NCBI GenBank assembly: GCA_036229005.1 | Contig: JAZAMN010000051.1 | Location: 1-34,491 of the forward strand | Source: Myxococcota bacterium | GTDB taxonomy: Bacteria; Myxococcota_A; UBA796; CAJQPC01 | Direction: 5' to 3' | DNA: 34,491 nucleotides | In this document: one piece after another, positions 8,201 to 16,175 of the stretch | How positions within the stretch are numbered: position 1 is the first letter of the stretch | Layout: the number at the start of each line of letters is the position of its first letter | Made by a program: the position numbers and the translations under genes | Notes under the pieces: generated by a model | The model's database searches: none | What the model saw: only the letters and a program-made list of their open reading frames with translations | Told to the model about the DNA's origin: nothing

Positions 8201-11160
8201 TCCTCTCGACCGCTCTGCGCGTAGCCCCACTCCTGGACCCACTCGCGCCCGGCCTCGAAGGCGTCGTCGACCCCCTTGGACCCCGCCAGGTGCCGCTGCA
8301 GCACCTCCATGACCTTGTCGTCCGGGCTGCTGACGAAGGCACAGACGTCCTCCGCTGTGGGCAGCCAGCCCCCCAGCGCCTCGCCCTGCTCCGCCAAGGC
8401 CTCGTCCGCCCCGAGCTGCGCCAGGTACCAGGCCGACTGCCCGCTCGTGGTCTCCGCATAGAGGGTCTGCCAGCGCTCCCCCCGCTCCTGGGGCGTGGCC
8501 TGGACCTCCGCCTGCAGCGCCGCCAGCGCCTGCGCGCGCCCCTCGCTCTCCAAGGGGACCCCCAAGGCCCACGCGGTCCCCAGCTTGTCCGCGTCCACGG
8601 TCTTCTGTCCCTTGGGACCGTCCAGCAGCACGCGCCCCTGCGCATCGACCCCCACAGCCCGGAGCACCTGCCCGCCCTGCTCGACCAGCACGCTGCGCCC
8701 CTGCCCCATGCTGGCCAGCGCATCCGGCGCCGCCTCCATCGAGGCCCCCGCCGCCACCGCCAGCGCCCGCGTGTCCCCCACCGCGATGCCCTTCTCCATG
8801 CGCACCATCTCCAGCGCGTCGGCGTAGCCGTGCCCCGGGTACGGGTTCGGCAGGCCCAGGTGGTGCAGCGCGTCCGCCAGCGCGTTGAGCTCCCCCCGGT
8901 TCGCCGATCGCGAGCTGCTCTCTCCCTCCGCCACCGGCGAGATGGCCAGCAGCCGCAGGTGGTAGTCCGCCCGCCGCTGGGGCTCCGCCTGCAAGTCCGC
9001 GTCGTGAGCCAGCGCGTCCCGGGCCGCCAGGAGCTGCGCCTCGTCCAGCGCCGCCGTGTTCATCAGCAGGTCGACCTCCTTGGCCTCCCGCACCCCACTG
9101 CGCGGCACGTAGCGCGGAGCGCCATTCACCAGCAGCTCCGCGCGCGCCGACGACCCCGGCCCCGTCTCCCCGTGCAGGGTCCAGCTCTGCGCGGGCAGCT
9201 CCCCCTCGGCCCCCTTGGCGTACACATCCGGGAACACCGGCAGGCTGCCGGGCGCCCGGCTCACCATGAAGCGCCGCACGCTCAGTCCCGGGGGAGGGTC
9301 GAAGAGGGCGGCGGGGTCCCGCTTCTCAGGGGCCACGTCCACCAACTGGGCCTCATCGAGCCCCGCGCTGGGATCGACCTCCTGCCCCCGCGAGGTCACC
9401 TCGGCCGACACCGGCCCGCCGTTGGTGTAGCGCGCCTCCACCCAGCCCAGGCCTTCGCCCACCCGCACCTGCAGCCAGGCCACCCCGCCCTCCTCCTGCA
9501 GCCGCCCGGTCCACGCCAGGCGGTCGCCCAGGTGAACGGAGCCGATCACCTCGCTGGCGCCCAGATCGCCAAAGATGGGCATGTCGAGCTCCAGCAGGTT
9601 CGGTAGGCCCTCGACTGTGAGCCACCCAGCGACCTCTCCCTCCTCCCCTTGGGACTCCCAGCCCTCCGTCCAGTCTGTGGACCGGCCCAGCGCCTGCTCC
9701 GCCTCCCCCTTGAGGGTCTGCTCCTGGGGCATCTCCTCCAGCGCCGAGCGCACCACCTTGTTCACCGTCAGCTCGTGCTTGGGGGCCAGCTTACGCTTCC
9801 GGGTCTCGCTCTCCACCACCAGCGGGGGCGCCCCCAGCACCTGCATGTGCTCGCTGAGCACCGCCTTCCAGCCCTCCGCCGTCTGGATCTGACCGGGCGC
9901 CGGCAGCGGCGTCACCCCTCCCCCCTGGATGCCCCCCGCGTGCCCCAGATCCAGGCTCAGGGCCTGCTCCAACCCCGCCTCAATGGCCGACTGGACGGCG
10001 TCGTGGCCCTCTACCAGCCAGGTGATCTCGTCCAGCGCCGGGCCCTCGGGGGGCGCCATCTTGAGCAGCCCGCGCACCCACTTGACCGCCGGCAGCTCGT
10101 TGGCCTTGCGCTGGTTCTTGCGCAGGGTCTTCCAGTCCTGGTTCTTCTTCTTGAACAGCGCCTTGAGGCCCTTGTAGTCCTGGCCGTCCTCGAACTTCAC
10201 CAGCATCGGCTTCCAGTGGTCCCGCACCTGGTCCACGTGCTTGAGCAGGTACTGACCGGCTGCGTAGCGCTCCAGCATGCGGTCCTGCACCGCGCTGAGA
10301 TGCCCGAGCTCGACCGACTCCCCAGTGCTCTGTCCCATCGGCGAGGAGAACACGGCCTTGTTCGCCTTCTCCCGCACGCCGCCGCGGATGATGTCCCGCA
10401 CGCCCTTGTCCTGCGCGAAGGGCTTGTAGGGCTCGGCCAGGCCCCCCGGACTGAGCTCGCTGTCCATCAGCGTGTTGGGGGCGCTCCCCCCATCCAGGGC
10501 GGCGCCGCGACGGTCCCGTAGCGCCCGGATCTGCTGGTCCTGCGCCGGGGAGCCGGGGTCGCCGAGTTCGCCGTTCAGATCCTCCAGGGTCCGACCACGC
10601 ACGTTGCCGTGCAGCGCCGCGAGCTTCTCGGCCTTGAGCTGCTCCACGCGGCTCTGGGGGAGCGCGGCTTCGCCCTCCAGGTTGGACGCCGCGGTGTACA
10701 CGTGCACGCCGGCGCCGGCCTGGGTGTAGCGGAGCTCCGCCAGCATCTGCTTGCCCTTCTTCTCCAGGGACAGCAGCTCACAGAAGGTGCCGTCGGGCAC
10801 CCGGGCCCCGGTCGTCTTTCCGTCTGCGTCCCGGGTCAAGGCGTTGCTGTCGGTGACCAGCGCGTACCCGATGGCGGCGTGGTCGGGTGCGCCCCCGGGG
10901 TCGGGGTTGGGGAGCTCCGCTCCGACGCTGGGGTCGGAGCCTGCGGTGAGCGCGAACTCCACGTCGTCCTCGACCGGGCAGGTGGCCTGCTCGACCTCCT
11001 CGATCAGCGCGGGCTGGCTGGGGAGCCACATCGCGCCGGCCAGCGGGTCGGAGAGCGGGTTGCTCAGGTAGTCCGTCGCCGCCGGGCCCTGGAGGCTCCC
11101 CATGGGGAGCGCCTGGTCCTGCGAATGTGCCGTTTCGTCCAAGGTCAGGGGGCCGCCCAT
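5236..11160 (-). CDS. Giant multidomain protein, putative cell-wall hydrolase/effector (SH3-like, lysozyme-like and C-terminal NlpC/P60-like modules)
   Basis: 1974-aa ORF with strong SD (GGAGGAGAG). C-terminal motifs LGLDCIGFAWNV, DCIVSDGHIIVIYD and MESSG. SH3b-like segment WLQVRVGEGLGWVEARY. The CDS is secure; the domain calls are tentative. Confidence 0.75.
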   Translation of the reverse strand: MGGPLTLDETAHSQDQALPMGSLQGPAATDYLSNPLSDPLAGAMWLPSQPALIEEVEQATCPVEDDVEFALTAGSDPSVGAELPNPDPGGAPDHAAIGYALVTDSNALTRDADGKTTGARVPDGTFCELLSLEKKGKQMLAELRYTQAGAGVHVYTAASNLEGEAALPQSRVEQLKAEKLAALHGNVRGRTLEDLNGELGDPGSPAQDQQIRALRDRRGAALDGGSAPNTLMDSELSPGGLAEPYKPFAQDKGVRDIIRGGVREKANKAVFSSPMGQSTGESVELGHLSAVQDRMLERYAAGQYLLKHVDQVRDHWKPMLVKFEDGQDYKGLKALFKKKNQDWKTLRKNQRKANELPAVKWVRGLLKMAPPEGPALDEITWLVEGHDAVQSAIEAGLEQALSLDLGHAGGIQGGGVTPLPAPGQIQTAEGWKAVLSEHMQVLGAPPLVVESETRKRKLAPKHELTVNKVVRSALEEMPQEQTLKGEAEQALGRSTDWTEGWESQGEEGEVAGWLTVEGLPNLLELDMPIFGDLGASEVIGSVHLGDRLAWTGRLQEEGGVAWLQVRVGEGLGWVEARYTNGGPVSAEVTSRGQEVDPSAGLDEAQLVDVAPEKRDPAALFDPPPGLSVRRFMVSRAPGSLPVFPDVYAKGAEGELPAQSWTLHGETGPGSSARAELLVNGAPRYVPRSGVREAKEVDLLMNTAALDEAQLLAARDALAHDADLQAEPQRRADYHLRLLAISPVAEGESSSRSANRGELNALADALHHLGLPNPYPGHGYADALEMVRMEKGIAVGDTRALAVAAGASMEAAPDALASMGQGRSVLVEQGGQVLRAVGVDAQGRVLLDGPKGQKTVDADKLGTAWALGVPLESEGRAQALAALQAEVQATPQERGERWQTLYAETTSGQSAWYLAQLGADEALAEQGEALGGWLPTAEDVCAFVSSPDDKVMEVLQRHLAGSKGVDDAFEAGREWVQEWGYAQSGREELVQALIAELKGALGRRMAALARGDLGAAVAFIDQAEGLTVMGEPLGGEYLRDVLKAQLVVASPAQKVSQKSAKTQEPKDGGGNSKATQKSAPLQASGPGVQVGELQHGKADRGKSSDGDKPLYGDLLRVSVGGFSVQFDGDMFKENYGWHAGGEAATINGETFANLPSDEALAAVGLNETEIRLVRVRAQMEDGIGSDVNGYDAVYASFGLNQNTLVDESGEGYSNVSEMLGGVMYGEDGKLREGMEDIEAALSMVGLALEPIGTKHYGLVVTADEVLGPVGIQEPIKWTHVRDLYEADRVMLSRSAEPGQAAFEQVVAGLSHDKQNLAAFAVRTSPERLGVLSAIYADPRIQAACAVSWARSKLGDVKGVKVQGRALTDYPISERVAGVIGKLSNSLGSKGGKDIARRAFAQLVAAHPDAKETSWGNQAATYNSALEDAIVVAEAAYRVEKDKSVELHRAQDWLDAADELEEKGVVFGTTFQGQSGTRLSDIAGNVQGGTHLAQAVGQPVPANDKDVGAGAGWGGFSLGLPELGQDLRPLMLRGVPDLGTGRDSRETGLAKAEPEQSICVADPRGVLAEARGVPIGAVYGPELRQRMAQSRDLGREAGIHMAILKGLEQAPDLLPLLPDLSEGLAGLWERKRLLDLVGLGRVADEVDRYLIDLEKQAGHERAKVDGPASAYGTREYDEALAKQWMEELFEAYTQVPVTLTLAGGVQAKVQISCEYRNFGAEHNKKHNNDYLGLIDQLEGTTAGYKVSTYSAAILNGDTDDGVAHSASFLKAWQGKGTPEELQAAIQEAIATDPSLGDELAAFDDPDKAQAHLQQWLHLKLGLDCIGFAWNVINGSGMYDDFTPVYKLGTSEATPKTGRNSRMMTFACAGFNKSALRLDDPKDWRTMDCIVSDGHIIVIYDVQFVDTDKGNRPLMDCMESSGNSGVARRWYIWDGKTFRHSDAEGKTDGNPIRSGPYHVYRAENNAAVEQFMQNRSK

Positions 11161-11237
11161 TCTCTCCTCCGAGCCACAGCAGTGTGCCGGAGGGGGGCGG
11201 GGCTTTCATCCCACGCGGATCCTAGTCGGAGCCCCCG

Positions 11238-12020
11238 TCAGAAGCACCAATCGTTGCTCGAACCCGGGTTCCCGTAGTCCCCGTTGCTCAGGAAGCCGCC
11301 CTGCTCGCACCAGTTGTCCAGGTCGTCGTTCTTGGTGGCGCTGACCTTGCCGCCGTCGACCCCCATGGACGCGCCCTGGGCGGCCCAGCCGCTGGGGTAG
11401 CGCACGCGGTCTACGCCGACGCTGCCGCAGACCAGCAGGACCTCGTCCGCGCCGCTGCCCATGCTGAACTTGCTGGGGTCGAAGCGGCCCTCGCAGTCCA
11501 CGTTGCCGTTGTCCCAGGTGTCGTCGTTGGCGCAGAGCACCACCCGGGCGCCGGGCTTGAGGCGCAGGCCGTCGCTGACCGAAGCGCTCAGGGTGCTCTT
11601 GTCCGAGCCCTCATCGCGGAGGGTGCAGCCGGACAGGGTCAGCCAGTCCTCGCTGGTGGACTCCAGCTCCACCCACTCTCCGTCCGCGTCGCTGGACTCC
11701 AGGGGGTGGACCATGATCTCGGTGATCACCACCTCCCCCACCTCCGGGACCTTGGGATTGTCCTTGCTGCCGACGGGGGGGCCGGGGTCGCCCGTGTCCT
11801 GGGGCTCCTCGGTGTCGCCGGTGTCGTCTCCAGCCTGCCCGGAGTCGCTGTCCTGGGGCTCGTCGCTGTCTTCCGGGAACCAGGGGTTGTCGCCCGTGTC
11901 TTCGGCGCCGATGCCCTGCCCGGGCCCCCAATCGGGCAGGAAGCTCCCGTCCTCCGAGCTGCCGGAGCAGCCCAGGAACAGGAACAGACCACCAAAGAGA
12001 ACCGGACCGCGCAGCCTCAC
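11238..12020 (-). CDS. Lamin-tail-domain-containing lipoprotein
   Basis: 3' part of ORF 11238..14186. GTG start overlaps the upstream stop (GTGA). LFLFLGC lipobox, acidic DTG-rich linker and LTD motif GEVVITEIMVHP...DGEWVEL. Confidence 0.8.
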   Translation of the reverse strand: MRLRGPVLFGGLFLFLGCSGSSEDGSFLPDWGPGQGIGAEDTGDNPWFPEDSDEPQDSDSGQAGDDTGDTEEPQDTGDPGPPVGSKDNPKVPEVGEVVITEIMVHPLESSDADGEWVELESTSEDWLTLSGCTLRDEGSDKSTLSASVSDGLRLKPGARVVLCANDDTWDNGNVDCEGRFDPSKFSMGSGADEVLLVCGSVGVDRVRYPSGWAAQGASMGVDGGKVSATKNDDLDNWCEQGGFLSNGDYGNPGSSNDWCF

Positions 12021-12706
12021 TCGCCCTCCGTGGTCCCCAGAGTGCCCAGGTTCACCTCCTGCCGCAAGAGGGGGGGCGCCGGATCGACGCTGGGCAGGGG
12101 GATTCGGGCCGAGAAGCGGTCGACCTGGACCAGCTTGTCCCCCTCTGGGGCGAAGCTGGAGAGCAGCAGCAAGCTCACGTACTGCTCCTTCTGCCCGGTG
12201 GCGTCCACGATCAGGTCGAGCTGGCCGTCGCCGTCCAGGTCCCCGGCGAAGCGCAGGCTGGGGGTGCCCTGGGTGCTGGAGAGCTCGAGCACGGGCTGGG
12301 CCAGGCCATGCTCCGAGAGCATCAGGCGGTAGCCATCCTGGCCGTCCGCGACCAGGCGCAGGCCGGAGCCCAGCTTGATGCTGGTGTAGCGCGGCAGGGG
12401 CTGGGGGGTGGTGTGCGCGGCGGAGACCTCGCCGGGCTGGAGGTTCTGGAGCAGCGCCAGCGCGGGCTCGCCCTCGACCGAGACGATGCTGCCGGAGCCG
12501 ACGGAGGCCACGATGACGTTGGCGGGCTCGAGCGTGCAGGTGGACGCCCCGGTGCAGCGCAGCGCCAGCCACTCCCCGGGGGCCTTGACCGACTCGGCGT
12601 AGTGGCCGGTCAGCAGGATCCGCGGGGTGGCGGCGACCTCTGCGGTCTCCTGGGCAGCGACCCCGGGGAGCAGGCTGGAGAGGAGCAGGACGGACAGGGG
12701 CGACAT
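12017..12706 (-). CDS. Secreted hypothetical protein with an FG-GAP/VCBS-like motif
   Basis: ATG 12706 with GGAG SD, signal peptide MSPLSVLLLSSLLPGVAA, and motif FAGDLDGDGQLDLIVD. Confidence 0.7.
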   Translation of the reverse strand: MSPLSVLLLSSLLPGVAAQETAEVAATPRILLTGHYAESVKAPGEWLALRCTGASTCTLEPANVIVASVGSGSIVSVEGEPALALLQNLQPGEVSAAHTTPQPLPRYTSIKLGSGLRLVADGQDGYRLMLSEHGLAQPVLELSSTQGTPSLRFAGDLDGDGQLDLIVDATGQKEQYVSLLLLSSFAPEGDKLVQVDRFSARIPLPSVDPAPPLLRQEVNLGTLGTTEGE

Positions 12707-12782
12707 GGGGGACTCCAGTTGCCCGAAACCACGACGGGTCCCCGGCATCCGCCAGCCTATCCGACCAGCCCGGAGCCATCCC

Positions 12783-14255
12783 ATGATTCTCCTCGCCCTC
12801 GCTCTGCTCGCCTGCGACAAGGACCAGCCCGCGGACGACACCAGCCCGCCCGACACCAGCCCCGCGCTCGCGGACCGGGACGGCGACGGCGCCACCGAGG
12901 ACGTGGACTGCGACGACAGCGATCCCTCCGCCTACCCCGGCAACGTCGAGGCCTGCGACGGCGTGGACAATGACTGCGACGGCCTGGTGGACAACGGCGC
13001 GACCGACGCCCCGACCTGGTTCCCCGACCTGGACAGCGACGGCTACGGCGACGACAGCGGCGCCCTCCAGGCCTGCGAGGCCCCCAGCGGCTACGTCTCG
13101 ACGGGGGGCGACTGCGACGACAAGCAGGCCCTGTTCCACCCCGGCGCGGCCGAGACCTGCACCGACCCCTACGACTACAACTGCGACGGCAGCGTGGGGC
13201 TGGTCGACAGCGACAAGGACGGGTTCGCCGCCTGCGAGGAGTGTGACGACGGCAACGCCCTGATCTTCCCCGGCGCCGACGAGTTCTGCGACGGCGTGGA
13301 CAGCGACTGCAACGGTGTGCTGGACGACGAATACGCCCTGGACGCGCAGACCTGGCATGTCGACGACGACGGCGACGGCTACGGCACCAGCGACACCCTC
13401 CAGGCCTGCGCGCAGCCCGCCGGCACCGCGGACAACGACGCGGACTGCGATGACAGCGACGCCAGCATCTCCCCCGCCGCCAGCGAGATCGACCTGGACG
13501 ACATCGACCAGGACTGCGACGGCTACGACGGCGGCGTGGACACGGACGGCGACGGCCTCGAAGACGCCGACGAGGTCAACACCTACGGCAGCGACCCCAC
13601 CAAGACCGACAGCGATGGGGACGGTCTGGCGGACGGAGATGAGGTCCTCACCCACGGGACCGATCCGGCGGCCGCGGACACCGATGGGGACGGCTGGGAT
13701 GACGGCGAGGAGATCGACGCCTACACCGACCCCGACGACAGCAGCGACCACCCCTACACCGGCGGTTGGGAGATCGACTCCTGCCGCAGCTCCATCACCG
13801 CGACCGGCAGCAGCGTCGGCGACGTGGCCGCCAACTTCTCCCTGAGCGACCAGTACGGCGACACCGTCAAGCTCCACGACTTCTGTGGAAAGGCCGTGCT
13901 GCTGGACCTCTCCAGCATGTGGTGCGGCGTCTGCCAGGCCAAGGCCCCCACCATCGCAAGCTGGCAGAGCACCTACGGCAGCTACGGCTTCATCGTCATC
14001 AGCGTGCACGACCAGAACACCTCGCGGGGGACCCCCACGACCTCTGAGCTGCTCGCCTGGGACAGCGCCTACGGCCTGGGCGCGCCCGTGGTCTCCGACG
14101 GGAGCGCCAGCGTCGACTCCCTCTACGACCCCACCGGCAAGTCCCGTCCCACGCTGGTGCTCATCGAGCCCGGCGGGGTGATCCACTCCATCGGCAGCGG
14201 CAGCAGCGTCACCGCCTCGGACATCGAGGGCATCCTGCCCACCGCCTACCCCTGA
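12783..14255 (+). CDS. Lipoprotein with MopE-related Cys/Asp repeats, TSP3-like repeats and a C-terminal thioredoxin-like (redoxin) domain
   Basis: MILLALALLAC; repeated DCDD..P...E.CDG.D.DCDG; DTDGDGL.D.DE repeats; ANFSLSDQYG...GKAVLLDLSSMWCGVC. Confidence 0.88.
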   Translation: MILLALALLACDKDQPADDTSPPDTSPALADRDGDGATEDVDCDDSDPSAYPGNVEACDGVDNDCDGLVDNGATDAPTWFPDLDSDGYGDDSGALQACEAPSGYVSTGGDCDDKQALFHPGAAETCTDPYDYNCDGSVGLVDSDKDGFAACEECDDGNALIFPGADEFCDGVDSDCNGVLDDEYALDAQTWHVDDDGDGYGTSDTLQACAQPAGTADNDADCDDSDASISPAASEIDLDDIDQDCDGYDGGVDTDGDGLEDADEVNTYGSDPTKTDSDGDGLADGDEVLTHGTDPAAADTDGDGWDDGEEIDAYTDPDDSSDHPYTGGWEIDSCRSSITATGSSVGDVAANFSLSDQYGDTVKLHDFCGKAVLLDLSSMWCGVCQAKAPTIASWQSTYGSYGFIVISVHDQNTSRGTPTTSELLAWDSAYGLGAPVVSDGSASVDSLYDPTGKSRPTLVLIEPGGVIHSIGSGSSVTASDIEGILPTAYP

Positions 14256-14332
14256 GCCGGCTCTCGGCGCAGGGACTCCCAGAGCGGGCCGCCCCGGTGG
14301 TAGGCTCCGGCGACGAAAAGCCGGAGACCTCC

Positions 14333-15145
14333 ATGCGCCCCATCGCCCTGATGCCCCTGCTCCTCCTTGGCCTGGTCGCCTGCAATGGCCAGGGGGACGG
14401 CGAGATCGACCCCGAGCGCCCCGAGCGCAACTGCAGCGACGGCACCGACAACGACCAGGACGGCCTGACCGACTGCGACGACGACGACTGCGACGACCTC
14501 TGTGAGAGCGGCGGCGCGACCGAGGTCTGCGACAACGGCAGCGACGACGACGGCGACGGCGCGGTCGACTGCGACGACAGCGACGGCAGCGACTCCTGCG
14601 CGGAGACCTGCGACGACGGCGTCGACAACGACGCAGACGGCCTGGTGGACTGCGACGACGACGAGTGCGCGGATGTCGCGCCGTGTTGGTGGCCGGAGAC
14701 GATTCAGCACAACGGCGACTTTGTGTTCAAGGGCCGCACCGTGACCTGCGAGACCTGGCTGGGCGACTTCGACGAGAAGGTGGACGACTGCACGGAGGCC
14801 TACACGACCGTGCTCAGCCAGACCACCGGCGAGCCCTGCCCCACCTGCGACCAGACCTACGACGGCACCTTCAACTGGACCTCGACCGCCTGCAACGACG
14901 CCTTCGGAGACGGAGCCCCCACAGCCAGCGGACGCTTCGGCTTCAAGTTCGTCAGTCAGGACAAGTGGGTGCTGTTCGCCCAGGACGATGGCGGCACCTG
15001 GAGCGAGGCGGCCACCATGAACCGTCAGGGCGGCAACTTCCAGATCAACTCCACGGACCGCGTCGACATCGAAACCGGCGACTGCGACAACGACCCGCTC
15101 TACGTCGGGGACCTGACCACCACCCTCACCTTCTCCGAGGGCTGA
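14333..15145 (+). CDS. Lipoprotein with three Cys/Asp-rich (CxDGxDNDxDGxxDC) repeats
   Basis: GGAG SD, LLGLVAC lipobox, and repeats CSDGTDNDQDGLTDC, CDNGSDDDGDGAVDC and CDDGVDNDADGLVDC. Confidence 0.82.
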   Translation: MRPIALMPLLLLGLVACNGQGDGEIDPERPERNCSDGTDNDQDGLTDCDDDDCDDLCESGGATEVCDNGSDDDGDGAVDCDDSDGSDSCAETCDDGVDNDADGLVDCDDDECADVAPCWWPETIQHNGDFVFKGRTVTCETWLGDFDEKVDDCTEAYTTVLSQTTGEPCPTCDQTYDGTFNWTSTACNDAFGDGAPTASGRFGFKFVSQDKWVLFAQDDGGTWSEAATMNRQGGNFQINSTDRVDIETGDCDNDPLYVGDLTTTLTFSEG

Positions 15146-15193
15146 GGGTGCGGGCGCTCCGGAGGGCACCCCCTGGAGCGCCGCCAACAGCCT

Positions 15194-15628
15194 CTACTGC
15201 GCGTGCTCCCACGCGTACTCCAGCTCCCGAATGAACACCTCGCCGCCGTTCATGGGCGCGACCTCGATGTGCATCGCCTGACCGCTGGTGGGGCGGATGT
15301 CGATGATGTGACCGATCAGTCCCTCCTCGCGGGTCTCGATGCTCTCGATGTCGGAGAGCTCGATGTAGGTGGTGTTGGGGGCCTTGTGGTAGGCCACGCG
15401 CTGGTCGGTGACCCAGGCGGCCTCGGTGCCGTCCAGGGCGATGGTGTAGTCGTAGTAGGCGCGCAGGTTCTCGCCCGGCTGCACCAGCACGTTGTTGTTC
15501 AGGTAGTCGGTCGCGTAGGCGTCCATCTCGTTGGGGAGCAGCGTGCCGCCCTGCTTGCTGGCGTCGGAGCCGACGGCCAGGCCCAAGAAGAGTGCGAGGG
15601 TGGCTGCGGAGAGGATGTGGCGCTTCAA
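15194..15628 (-). CDS. Exported or membrane-anchored hypothetical protein
   Basis: TTG start with AGGAGG SD gives MKRHILSAATLALFLGLAVGS. It is the 3' part of ORF 15194..16072. Confidence 0.7.
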   Translation of the reverse strand: MKRHILSAATLALFLGLAVGSDASKQGGTLLPNEMDAYATDYLNNNVLVQPGENLRAYYDYTIALDGTEAAWVTDQRVAYHKAPNTTYIELSDIESIETREEGLIGHIIDIRPTSGQAMHIEVAPMNGGEVFIRELEYAWEHAQ

Positions 15629-15654
15629 AGGAGCCTCCTGAGGGTCTGCTGAGG

Positions 15655-16173
15655 CTAACCCAGGGAGGGAGCGGCTGCCTCGCTGTCTCTCGCCGGGTCG
15701 GTCCACCCCCGGGGATCCAAGCCCACCCACACCCCGACACCTGCGCCCACCAGCGAGGTCAGGGCGTCCATGAAGTCCGGCGTGCCGGGCAACCAACCCA
15801 AGAGCTGCAGGCCCTCGCCGCCCACGCCAATCAGCAGGCCGGCGCCCACCCAAGCCCAGGCCCCGAGTCCCCCGAGAGGGCTCCCGAGTGGGCTCCCGAG
15901 TGGGCCCCCCAGCCGGCCCCGCCAGATCCGCGCCATCGCCGCGCTCAGCGCCAGCGCCCAGAGGCCATCGGGCAGGCTGTAGAGCACCCAAGCTGGCAGA
16001 GCCTGGCCAAAGGGGAGGGCCAGCTCCCGCGCACCTCGCAGGGGCCCATCCATCCCGAGCTGTCCCAGCCACCCAAAGACCCGGAGCGTTGTGGGCCGCC
16101 AGAGCAGGTAGATGCCCGCCCCCGTCAGCACCGGAGCGAACACGGCCAGCACCCAGAAGGCGGCGCGGCGCAC
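15655..16173 (-). CDS. Hypothetical integral membrane protein
   Basis: Four hydrophobic segments; motifs LYSLPDGLW and EGLQLLGWLPGT.D..D. Starts 2 nt after the acyl-CoA dehydrogenase stop. Confidence 0.72.
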   Translation of the reverse strand: MRRAAFWVLAVFAPVLTGAGIYLLWRPTTLRVFGWLGQLGMDGPLRGARELALPFGQALPAWVLYSLPDGLWALALSAAMARIWRGRLGGPLGSPLGSPLGGLGAWAWVGAGLLIGVGGEGLQLLGWLPGTPDFMDALTSLVGAGVGVWVGLDPRGWTDPARDSEAAAPSLG

Positions 16174-16175
16174 CC

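Noticed and set aside
5485..9606. 1373-aa plus-strand ORF
   Set aside because: Antisense shadow of the 1974-aa gene. It has V/L/R/G/H-rich composition without motifs, as expected from high GC3 codon bias.
12021..14186. N-terminal 722 codons of ORF 11238..14186
   Set aside because: Shadow of the MopE-repeat gene and an alternative frame of 12017-12706. Only 11238-12020 has a lipobox and an LTD motif.
15871..15906. Three 12-bp tandem repeats (CCCGAGWGGGCY)
   Set aside because: In-frame low-complexity loop (LGGPLGSPLGSPLGG) within a membrane protein. There is no frameshift potential, so it is probably simple slippage.
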